Source: a bacterium (GTDB taxonomy: Bacteria; Sysuimicrobiota; Sysuimicrobiia; Sysuimicrobiales; Segetimicrobiaceae). From it: a stretch of 64,000 bases of DNA. The notes under the pieces were generated by a model. The model had not been told where the DNA came from. It did not search any database and was given only the letters and a program-made list of their open reading frames with translations. The translations under genes and the position numbers were made by a program. Shown one piece after another: positions 20,601 through 29,747 of the stretch. The stretch is from assembly GCA_035691305.1 (NCBI GenBank), contig DASSJF010000061.1:1329-65328 (forward strand), written 5' to 3'. Each line of letters begins with the position of its first letter. Within the stretch, counting starts at the first letter, position 1.

Positions 20601-20837
20601 GTCACCTCTGCCTCGACGTATTCCATCCGGCCCCTAGTCCTGCCACGAATATGGCCGTGGAACGAGTGTTTCTAATAATATTGACCTGATTGTATCTCCG
20701 TAGTATGACGTATAGTACCATCATTACGGATTTAGTCAACTATTGTTACTAAGAACATATAGTATCTGGTGTGTAATCTGCTATTTTGGATTGTAGGCGG
20801 CTTTGCCAAACGAACTGGTTGCGGAGGCGAAGCGGAG
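20601..20837. promoter_or_regulatory. AT-rich divergent promoter/operator region between the pdxR-like gene and the HD/pdxS/pdxT genes
   Basis: Sharp AT-rich island. It holds repeated motifs 'TAGTATGAC', 'GTATAGTAC' and 'ATATAGTAT' (20700-20770), which are candidates for the direct-repeat operator expected of MocR-type regulators. Confidence 0.45.
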
Positions 20838-21425
20838 TTGACGCGAGGCGAAGCATGGGCGCTCCTGGTGGCCGAGACGCCATCGGTGAATCTCCAGAAG
20901 CACATGCTGGCAGTTGAGGCTGTAATGCGGGCCTACGCCCGCCGGTTCGGCGAGGACGAGGAAACATGGGGGCTCGTCGGGTTGCTGCACGATCTCGACT
21001 ACGAAAAGCACCCGTCGCAGGACGCCGGGCATCCCTTCGCCGGGGTCGAGCTCCTGCGAGAGCGGGGATTGCCGGAGCCGCTGTGTCGGGCGATCCTGTC
21101 GCATGCCGACTACAGCGGCGTGCCGCGCGAGAGCGAGATGGAGAAGGCGCTGTTCGCCGCCGACGAGTTGTCCGGTTTCGTCATCGCCGTGGCGCTCGTC
21201 CGGCCGTCGCGCGCGATCGGGGATGTGGACGTACCCGCCGTGCTCAAGAAGATGAGGGATAAAGCGTTCGCGCGGGCGGTGCGGCGTAACGACATCACCG
21301 CGGGCGCGAGCGGGCTCGGCGTTCCGCTCGAGGAGCACATCGGCGTCGTGATCGAGGCGCTTAAGGGCATCGCGCCGCAGTTGGGTTTGGAAGGCAGCCG
21401 CGCCGGTACCGCGGCCGGAAAGTAG
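20838..21425 (+). CDS. HD-domain metal-dependent phosphohydrolase
   Basis: 'LVGLLHDLDYEKHP' HD motif plus a downstream 'HADYSG'. TTG start at 20838 with GGAGG upstream (the tracked ORF starts at 20769). Confidence 0.7.
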   Translation: MTRGEAWALLVAETPSVNLQKHMLAVEAVMRAYARRFGEDEETWGLVGLLHDLDYEKHPSQDAGHPFAGVELLRERGLPEPLCRAILSHADYSGVPRESEMEKALFAADELSGFVIAVALVRPSRAIGDVDVPAVLKKMRDKAFARAVRRNDITAGASGLGVPLEEHIGVVIEALKGIAPQLGLEGSRAGTAAGK

Positions 21426-21449
21426 CCGTCAGAAGAGGGAGGCAGGGCG

Positions 21450-22334
<885 letters not shown>

Positions 22335-22339
22335 ATCTC

Positions 22340-22951
22340 GTGACGACGCAGGGCCCTTCCCGCAACGGCGCCGCGCCGAGGATCGGCGTGCTCGCGCTCC
22401 AGGGCGACGTGATCGAGCACGTCAAGATGCTGCGGGGACTCGGCGTCGAGGCGATCGAGATCCGTACCCCCGAGGACCTCGCACAGGTCGACGCGTTGAT
22501 CATTCCCGGCGGCGAGTCGACCACGATCGGCAAGCTGGCGGTCGAGTACGGACTGGACAAGGCGATCCCGGCGCGGGTCAAAGACGGCATGCCCGTCTAC
22601 GGCACCTGCGCCGGGATGATCGCCCTGTCGAAGCGGGCGAGCGGAGGGGAGCCGCCGCTGCTGCGCCTTATGAACATCACCGTCCGGCGCAACGCCTACG
22701 GCCGGCAGGTGGATTCGTTCGAAACCGATCTCGAGATCCCGGCGCTCGGCGGACGGCCCGTGCACGCGGTGTTCATCCGCGCGCCCGAGATCGAGACCGT
22801 GGGGCCCGGGGTCGAGGTGCTGGCGTCGCTCGACGGCCGGCCCGTGCTGGCGCGCCAGGGCAACATGCTGGTCTCCGCGTTTCACCCCGAGCTCACCGAC
22901 GACGACCGCGTGCACCGCTACTTCCTCGAGATGCTCAAAAAGAAGGACTAA
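22340..22951 (+). CDS. pdxT: Pyridoxal 5'-phosphate synthase glutaminase subunit PdxT
   Basis: 'IGVLALQGDVIEH', 'LIIPGGESTTI' and the catalytic 'GTCAGMI' of a class I glutamine amidotransferase. Confidence 0.95.
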   Translation: MTTQGPSRNGAAPRIGVLALQGDVIEHVKMLRGLGVEAIEIRTPEDLAQVDALIIPGGESTTIGKLAVEYGLDKAIPARVKDGMPVYGTCAGMIALSKRASGGEPPLLRLMNITVRRNAYGRQVDSFETDLEIPALGGRPVHAVFIRAPEIETVGPGVEVLASLDGRPVLARQGNMLVSAFHPELTDDDRVHRYFLEMLKKKD

Positions 22952-23078
22952 AGCGACCGAGCCCCAACGGCGCGCACGGCACGCGCTCATCGTGTCCACG
23001 CCGCTGCCGGTTCGGTAACCCCGCACGGCCGCCGGGGAAGGCGCCCCGGACGCTCCGCGCGAATAGCCGCTTGCGGGG

Positions 23079-24650
23079 GTGATGGACATGCGCACGGGTA
23101 CGGTCGCTCGGTTCCTTGCGATCTCCGTCGTTCCGCTGCTGCTGTGGTCCGCGTGGGCGCCGGCGGCCGGGCAGGCGCGGGCCGGCGGCGCCATCCGCGT
23201 GGCGACCAACGCCGAACCGACGACGTTCGACTGGACGTCCTCGACCGCCACCGCGACGCGGCTCGTCGCATGGCACGTCTTCGAAGGCCTCTTCGCGATC
23301 GACCAGCAGTACGAGGTCCGCCCGCTGCTGGCGCAGGGCTACAGCGTGAGCGACGATGGCCTCCGCTACACGATCAAGCTGCGGCCCGGATTGAAGTTCC
23401 ACAACGGCCAGCCGGTGACGGCCGACGACGTGATCGCCTCGCTCGCGCGCTGGGGTAAGCTGAGCGGCGGCGGCCAGGAGACGTTCAAGTACGTCAAGGG
23501 CCTGCGGGCGGTCGACGCCGGTACCGTTGAGATCACGCTCTCCGCGCCGTTCACGCCGCTCGTCACCAACCTCGGCGACCCGAAGCAGTCCGCGGTCATC
23601 GTTCCGAAGGCCATCGTCGAGCGCGCGGGTCTCAAACCGCTCGAAGAACTCGTCGGCACCGGACCCTATATCTTCAAGAAGTGGACCCCCGGCCAGGAGA
23701 TCGTGCTCGCGCGCAACCCCGCCTACGCGCCGCGTACCGAGAACTGGGGCGGGATCACGGGACGCAAGGTCGCCTACGCCGACGAGATCCATTTCTTCCC
23801 GGTGACGGATCCCCAGGTGCGCCTCGCCGGGGTCTCGACCGGCCAGTACGACCTCGCCCTCGAACTGCCGCCCGACCTATACGCGAAGGTCCGCGCCGAC
23901 CGGCGGCTGACGGCCGACATCGTGACGGTGTTCAGCTGGACCGGCGTCGTGTTCAATAAGGCCCGCGGGCCGTTCACGGACATGCGGCTGCGGCAGGCCG
24001 TCCTGTACGCGATGAAGGACGCGGACCTGATGGCCGCGGCCGCGGGGCCGAAGGAGTTCTGGCAGCTGGATCCGGGCCTCTTCTTCCCGGCGCAGCGCAA
24101 TGTCTACAGCCGCGCGGGGGCGGACGTGTACAACCACCAGAACCTCGACAAGGCCAAGACGCTGCTGCGCGAGGCCGGCTACAAGGGCCAGAAGATCGTG
24201 GTCATGTCGACCAAGGACTACACCTGGAACAACAACACGGCCCAGGTGCTCGTCCCGGAGATGCAGGCGGCCGGCTTCACCGTCGACTCGCAGGTTTACG
24301 ACTGGCCGACGCTGCTCAGCCGGCGGACGAAGCCGGAGATGTTCGACATCTTCCTCACCGGGTTCTCGCCCTCGATCGATCCGACCGGCGTGATCTTCTT
24401 CGGCAAGACGTGGCCGGGCTGGTACAAGAGCGACGCGCTCGACGCCGCGCTCGCGCAGTGGGGCCGTACGCCCGTGACCGACTCGGCGGCACGGCACAAG
24501 ATCATGGATCAGATTCAGACGATCTTCTACACGGAGGTGCCGGTCGCGAAGGTCGGCAACCAGTACGGACTCGAGGTCTACAACGACCACCTGCAGGGGT
24601 ACGCCGGCTACTTCGATGTCCGTTTCTGGAACACGTGGGTGACGCACTGA
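23079..24650 (+). CDS. ABC transporter substrate-binding protein, family 5 (peptide/nickel/opine type)
   Basis: Signal peptide, then SBP_bac_5-like 'YTIKLRPGLKFHNGQPVTADDV'. 523 aa. Confidence 0.85.
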   Translation: MMDMRTGTVARFLAISVVPLLLWSAWAPAAGQARAGGAIRVATNAEPTTFDWTSSTATATRLVAWHVFEGLFAIDQQYEVRPLLAQGYSVSDDGLRYTIKLRPGLKFHNGQPVTADDVIASLARWGKLSGGGQETFKYVKGLRAVDAGTVEITLSAPFTPLVTNLGDPKQSAVIVPKAIVERAGLKPLEELVGTGPYIFKKWTPGQEIVLARNPAYAPRTENWGGITGRKVAYADEIHFFPVTDPQVRLAGVSTGQYDLALELPPDLYAKVRADRRLTADIVTVFSWTGVVFNKARGPFTDMRLRQAVLYAMKDADLMAAAAGPKEFWQLDPGLFFPAQRNVYSRAGADVYNHQNLDKAKTLLREAGYKGQKIVVMSTKDYTWNNNTAQVLVPEMQAAGFTVDSQVYDWPTLLSRRTKPEMFDIFLTGFSPSIDPTGVIFFGKTWPGWYKSDALDAALAQWGRTPVTDSAARHKIMDQIQTIFYTEVPVAKVGNQYGLEVYNDHLQGYAGYFDVRFWNTWVTH

Positions 24651-24680
24651 AGGCAGGCGCGGCCGCCGCGGACTGACCGC

Positions 24681-25622
24681 ATGCTTCGGTACGCCGCCGG
24701 ACGGGTGCTGGCGCTCGTGCCGGTGCTCGCCGTCGTCGGCGTCACCGTCTTCCTGCTGATCCATCTGACCCCGGGCGATCCGGCGGCCGTGATCCTCGGC
24801 TCGGACGCCTCGCCCGGGCAGGTCGCCCAACTGCGGACCGCGCTCGGCCTCGACCGGCCGCTCTACGTGCAGTTGGCGCTTTGGTTCGAGCGGGTGCTGC
24901 GCGGCGACCTCGGCACGTCGATCTTCCTCCGCCAGTCCGTCACGCGCGCGATCTGGGACCACCTCGGGCCGACGGCCAGCCTGACCGCGCTGGCCGAGCT
25001 GCTGGCGCTCGCCGTGGCGCTGCCGTCCGGCATCCTCGCGGCCTGGAAGCGGAACACCCGGTTCGACCAGGGCTTCATGATGCTGGTGCTGCTCGGCGTA
25101 TCCGTCCCGTCTTTCTGGACCGGCCTCAACCTGATCGCGCTCTTCGCCGTGGCGGTGCGCCTCTTTCCGGTCGCCGGCTATGTGCCGCCCTCGCAGGGCG
25201 TCGGCCTCTGGCTCGCGAGCCTCATCCTGCCGGCGGTCGCGCTCGGCTTCACCCAGGCCGGCCTCGTCGCGCGGATGGCGCGGGACACGACCATCGACGT
25301 GCTGGCCGAGGACTACATCCGCACCGCGCGCAGCAAGGGCGTCCGCGAGCGGCGCGTGCTGACCCGCCACGCCTTCCGCAACGCGCTCATCCCCACGATG
25401 ACCGTCGTCGGGACGAGCCTCGCCAACCTGCTCGGCGGCGCCGTCGTCGTCGAGACGGTGTTCGTCCTTCCGGGCATCGGCAACCTGATCGTGCAGTCGA
25501 TCAGCCGCCGCGACTACCCGGTGATCGAGGGCGTGGTGCTGTTCGTGGCGCTCGTCTACGTCGTCGTGAATCTCGGGGTCGACCTGCTGTACGCGGCGCT
25601 CGACCCCCGGATCACCTACTGA
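24681..25622 (+). CDS. ABC transporter permease (DppB/OppB-like)
   Basis: Six TM segments. N-terminal 'LLIHLTPGDPAAVILG' and an EAA-like loop. Confidence 0.85.
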   Translation: MLRYAAGRVLALVPVLAVVGVTVFLLIHLTPGDPAAVILGSDASPGQVAQLRTALGLDRPLYVQLALWFERVLRGDLGTSIFLRQSVTRAIWDHLGPTASLTALAELLALAVALPSGILAAWKRNTRFDQGFMMLVLLGVSVPSFWTGLNLIALFAVAVRLFPVAGYVPPSQGVGLWLASLILPAVALGFTQAGLVARMARDTTIDVLAEDYIRTARSKGVRERRVLTRHAFRNALIPTMTVVGTSLANLLGGAVVVETVFVLPGIGNLIVQSISRRDYPVIEGVVLFVALVYVVVNLGVDLLYAALDPRITY

Positions 25623-25632
25623 CGGCGGCCGG

Positions 25633-26541
25633 GTGATGGGCGCGTTCCTCCGGGCGCTCGCCCGGCGGCGACCGGTCGCGGCGGCGGCGCTCGCGGTGCT
25701 GGCGGCCGTCGCGCTCGCGGCGCTGCTCGCGCCGGTGCTCGGCCTGCCGGCGCCCGACGCGATCGAGATGGCGGCGCGGCTCTCGCCGCCGGGATCGGGT
25801 CATCCGTTCGGTACCGACAACTTCGGCCGGGACATCCTGAGCCGCGTGGTCTACAGCGGCCGCGTGTCGTTGCTCATCGGGCTCGGCGTGATGGCGGCCA
25901 GCACGGCCGCGGGCACGGCGACCGGGCTCGCGTGCGGCTATTACCGGCGCGTCGACGCCGTCGCGATGCGGGTCCTCGACGGGCTGATGTCGTTTCCGGC
26001 GATCCTGCTGGCGCTCGCGCTCGTCGCGGCGCTCGGGGTCGGCGCGCGCAACGAGATCATCGCGATCGCGCTCGTGTATTTCCCGCGAACGGCGCGGATC
26101 GTGCGCGGGTCGACCCTCCAGCTGAAGCAGCGGGCGTTCGTCGAGGCCGCGGTGGCCCTCGGCGAGGGCGACGGCCGGATCCTCGCCGTGCACATCTTGC
26201 GAAATGCCCTCACGCCGCTGATCGTGCAGTCCACGTTCGTGTTCGCGGAGGCGATCCTCGCGGACGCGGCGCTGTCGTTTCTCGGGCTCGGCGTGCGGCC
26301 GCCGGCCCCGACGTGGGGCAACATGCTCGACGACGCGCACATCTACATCGAGACCGCGCCGTGGTTCGTCGTCTTTCCGGGCGTCGCGATCGTCCTGACG
26401 GTGCTCTCCCTCAACCTGGTCGGCGACGCGCTCCGCGACCTCGCGGATCCGTTCGCGGTGGCCGCGCGGCGGGGCTCCTCGCGCGCGGCACGCGCCGGCG
26501 GGACGCCCGGGCGAGGACTTCCGGAGCCCGCGCAAGAATAG
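25633..26541 (+). CDS. ABC transporter permease (DppC/OppC-like)
   Basis: BPD_transp_1 core with an OppC-type N-terminus. Confidence 0.85.
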   Translation: MMGAFLRALARRRPVAAAALAVLAAVALAALLAPVLGLPAPDAIEMAARLSPPGSGHPFGTDNFGRDILSRVVYSGRVSLLIGLGVMAASTAAGTATGLACGYYRRVDAVAMRVLDGLMSFPAILLALALVAALGVGARNEIIAIALVYFPRTARIVRGSTLQLKQRAFVEAAVALGEGDGRILAVHILRNALTPLIVQSTFVFAEAILADAALSFLGLGVRPPAPTWGNMLDDAHIYIETAPWFVVFPGVAIVLTVLSLNLVGDALRDLADPFAVAARRGSSRAARAGGTPGRGLPEPAQE

Positions 26542-26554
26542 CGCGCCCAGCGAC

Positions 26555-27850
26555 ATGGCCCGGCCCCTCAGCATCTCCGCCGCCGGCGACGCCCTCATCA
26601 CGCAGCGCATCGCGTCTCGTGGTCCCGGCTTCCTCCGCCTCGCGGAGATGATCCGCTCCGCCGACGCGCGCTTCGTGAACTTGGAGGGCACGCTGCACGA
26701 TTTCGAGGGCCATCCCCAGGCGACGAGCGGCGGGACCTACGTCTGCGGCTCGCCGCTGATCGTCGACGACCTCAAGGCCGTGGGCTTCAACCTGTACTCC
26801 GTCGCCAACAACCACATGACCGACTGGGGCGAAGGCGGCATCTTCGGCACGCTCGCCACCCTTGACCGTGCGGGGGTCGTGTACGCGGGCCTGGGGCGCC
26901 ACCTTGCCGAGGCGCGCACCCCGCGATACCTCGAGACGCCGGCGGGGCGCGTCGCGCTACTCGCGCTGACGAGCACGTTCCCGCCGGGCGCGTACGCCGG
27001 CGAGCAGCGGCCGGACTGCCAGGGCCGGCCGGGCATCAACCCCCTGCGCTTTGACACGACGATCGCCGTCGACCGCGCGACGCTCGACACGCTGGCCGGC
27101 ATCGACAAGCGCGTGCACTTCAGCGCGCCCCGGCAGCACTCGGTGCAACTGGGCTTCCTGCGCCCGGATCCGGAGGGTATCACCAACCTCTTCGGCCAGC
27201 GCTTCACGGTCGGGGATCCGCCGGGCATCCGCACCGAGCCGCACGCGGCCGATCTGGCCGGCAACCTCGCGTGGATCCGCGACGCGCGGCGCCAGGCCGA
27301 GTGGGTCGTGATGAGCGTGCACGCGCACGAATCGGAGAACGGCGTGCACGAGCAGCCGGCGCAGTTCATTCCCGCGTTCTGCCGCGCCGCGGTCGAGGCC
27401 GGCGCCGACATCGTGATCGGGCACGGCCCGCACATCCTGCGCGGGATGGAGATCCATCGCGGCAAACCGATCTTCTACAGCCTCGGCAACTTCGTCTTCC
27501 AGAACGAAACCCTGTGGCGGCAGCCCCAGGACTTCTACGAGCGCCTCGGGCTCCCGCCGACGGCCACGCCGGCCGACCTCTTCGATGCGCGCGGGGCGCG
27601 CGGCGGCTTCGCGGCGGACGCGGCCTACTGGGAGAGCGTGGTCCCGATGGTGCGGTTCGACGGCGAGCGCCTGACGGAGATCCGGCTCTACCCCGTGACC
27701 CTCGGGCACGGCCTGCCGCGGTGGCAGCGGGGCAACCCCGTGCTGGCGGCGGCCGAGCCGGGACGCGCGATCATCGAGCGGGTGGCGCGCCTCTCGCCGT
27801 CATGCCGGATCAAGTGGGACAACGACGGTTTCGGAGCAGTGGCAGTCTAG
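26555..27850 (+). CDS. CapA-family (PGA_cap) metallophosphatase-fold protein (poly-gamma-glutamate capsule biosynthesis/anchoring-like)
   Basis: 'FVNLEGTL', 'GFNLYSVANNHMTDWG' and 'VMSVHAHESENG' match the CapA/YwtB calcineurin-like fold. Confidence 0.7.
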   Translation: MARPLSISAAGDALITQRIASRGPGFLRLAEMIRSADARFVNLEGTLHDFEGHPQATSGGTYVCGSPLIVDDLKAVGFNLYSVANNHMTDWGEGGIFGTLATLDRAGVVYAGLGRHLAEARTPRYLETPAGRVALLALTSTFPPGAYAGEQRPDCQGRPGINPLRFDTTIAVDRATLDTLAGIDKRVHFSAPRQHSVQLGFLRPDPEGITNLFGQRFTVGDPPGIRTEPHAADLAGNLAWIRDARRQAEWVVMSVHAHESENGVHEQPAQFIPAFCRAAVEAGADIVIGHGPHILRGMEIHRGKPIFYSLGNFVFQNETLWRQPQDFYERLGLPPTATPADLFDARGARGGFAADAAYWESVVPMVRFDGERLTEIRLYPVTLGHGLPRWQRGNPVLAAAEPGRAIIERVARLSPSCRIKWDNDGFGAVAV

Positions 27851-27854
27851 CCGG

Positions 27855-28790
27855 TTAGCGCAGCCAGCCCCTCGCGGCGCCAAACAGCAGGATGATCCCG
27901 AGGACCACGCGGTACCAGGCGAACACCCACGCGGTGTGGTCGCGCAGATACCGCACGAGAAACGCCAGCGCGAAGTACGCGGCCAGCGACCCGGACGCCA
28001 AGCCCAGCAGCAACAACTCCCACCCGTGGGCCCCGAGCCCGGCCTTGCGCAGCTGCCACAACTCGTAGAGGCCCGCCAGCACGATCGCCGGCACGCCCAG
28101 CAGGAACGAGAACCACGCGGCCGTGGCGCGCTCCATCCCGAGCCCGAGCGCCGCGGTCAAGGTCGAGCCGGAGCGGGATACTCCCGGGATCAGCGCGAAC
28201 GCCTGCGCGATCCCGACCCAGATGCCGTCGGCCGTGGTGAGATCGTTCCACTTGCGCCGGCCGCCGCGGCGGTCGTGCTGGCCGTACCGCTCCGCGAGCG
28301 CCAGCAGAACGCCCATCACGATGCACGCCCAGCCGATGACCGCGATGCCCCGCAGCGGCGAATCGCACTGGTTGAGGCGCTTCTGGAGCACGAGGCCGGC
28401 GACGCCGATCGGAATCGTGCCGATCACGATGCCGGCCGCCATCCGCAGCGAGTGATCGCGCCAGTTGTTGCGGCCGAGCGCGGACGTCGCCTCGCGCGTC
28501 ACGCGCGTCACGTCGGGCCACAAGAACGTGAGCACGGCGACGAGACTCGCGAGCTGCATCGCGGCCGAAAACGCGGAGCCCGGATCCGGCCATCCCAGCA
28601 GCGCCGGCACGATGCGGAGGTGCGCCGTGCTGCTGATCGGCAGCAGTTCCGTGATGCCCTGGACGATCCCGAGGATGAAGACCTTCCACGCCCCGAGGTT
28701 CACGAAGTTGATGCTGATTTGGGCGGCCTGCGCGCACGGGTTGGGCGTCACGGCGCACCGAAGCACGGAGAGGAGGACATGCCGAAGCAA
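27855..28790 (-). CDS. uppP: Undecaprenyl-diphosphate phosphatase UppP (BacA)
   Basis: 'ILGIVQGITELLPISSTAHL' and 'PGVSRSGSTL' are UppP signature motifs. The true start is probably about 25 aa downstream of the tracked TTG. Confidence 0.9.
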   Translation of the reverse strand: MLRHVLLSVLRCAVTPNPCAQAAQISINFVNLGAWKVFILGIVQGITELLPISSTAHLRIVPALLGWPDPGSAFSAAMQLASLVAVLTFLWPDVTRVTREATSALGRNNWRDHSLRMAAGIVIGTIPIGVAGLVLQKRLNQCDSPLRGIAVIGWACIVMGVLLALAERYGQHDRRGGRRKWNDLTTADGIWVGIAQAFALIPGVSRSGSTLTAALGLGMERATAAWFSFLLGVPAIVLAGLYELWQLRKAGLGAHGWELLLLGLASGSLAAYFALAFLVRYLRDHTAWVFAWYRVVLGIILLFGAARGWLR

Positions 28791-28894
28791 TTTCGCGCCG
28801 GTCTCGACGCCGCCCTCCCGAAATTCCAGGACCCGGCGGCGTTCGATCCGAACGAACCGGTCGACGCCTTCCCCGCCGAGAGAAAGGAGCCGAC

Positions 28895-29746
28895 ATGTCT
28901 GAGTATTTCGCGACCCGGAAGATCGGCGACGCCGTCGTTACCGTCATCTCCGAAGGCACGCTGCGGTGGGCCCCAAAGTTCGCGATCTCCGAGGACGAAC
29001 GCCGCCGCGCGATGCCGGACGCGGACGGCGAGGGCAGGCTGACGCTCGGCCTCAACCTGGCGTTCGTCCGCCTCGGCGCCCATTCGATTTTGATCGATCC
29101 CGGGTGCGACGACCCGTCGTCCGTCTGGTCCCGCGAGTTCGCGGCCAAGTGGCCGGGCCTGACGCGCACGGACGGTGTCGAAGCGGCGTTGCGACACCTC
29201 GGGGTCTCGCCCGACGACATCACGCACGTCCTGATCACACACGCTCACGAGGATCACTACGCGGGCGTGGCGATGGAGCGGGGGAACGCGCTGACGCTGC
29301 GCTTCCAGAACGCGCGCCACGTGGTCGGGCGCCGCGACTGGGAGGAGCATCCGTCGCGCAGCCAGCCGGACAGCCCGCTGAATCAGCGTCTCGGGCTCGC
29401 GGCCCGCCGGCGCGTCTTGGAGACGGTGGACCACGAGCGCGAGGTGGAGCCCGGTGTGACGATGTACGCGTCGCCCGGCGAGACGCCGGGGCACTGCACC
29501 GTGCGTATCACGTCTCGGGGGAAGCGATTCTACTACCTCGGCGACCTGTTCCACGTGCCGGGCGAGGTCGAGCACGTCGAGTGGGCCCCGCCGAATCGGG
29601 ACATCGCCGCGCTCGCCGAGTCCCGGCGCCGGCTGCTCGGCGAAGCGACCGACCAGGACAGCGTACTCGTGTTTTCACACGACCGATTTCCGGCGTGGGG
29701 CCGGATCGCGCGCGCAGACGGCGGGTACCGCTGGCGATCGGACTGA
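28895..29746 (+). CDS. MBL-fold metallo-hydrolase
   Basis: The 'VLITHAHEDHYAG' HxHxDH motif. Confidence 0.8.
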   Translation: MSEYFATRKIGDAVVTVISEGTLRWAPKFAISEDERRRAMPDADGEGRLTLGLNLAFVRLGAHSILIDPGCDDPSSVWSREFAAKWPGLTRTDGVEAALRHLGVSPDDITHVLITHAHEDHYAGVAMERGNALTLRFQNARHVVGRRDWEEHPSRSQPDSPLNQRLGLAARRRVLETVDHEREVEPGVTMYASPGETPGHCTVRITSRGKRFYYLGDLFHVPGEVEHVEWAPPNRDIAALAESRRRLLGEATDQDSVLVFSHDRFPAWGRIARADGGYRWRSD

Positions 29747-29747
29747 G

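Noticed and set aside
27847-29238. 463-aa minus-strand ORF overlapping uppP
   Set aside because: Different frame from the conserved UppP protein. Arg/Gly-rich, with no motifs.
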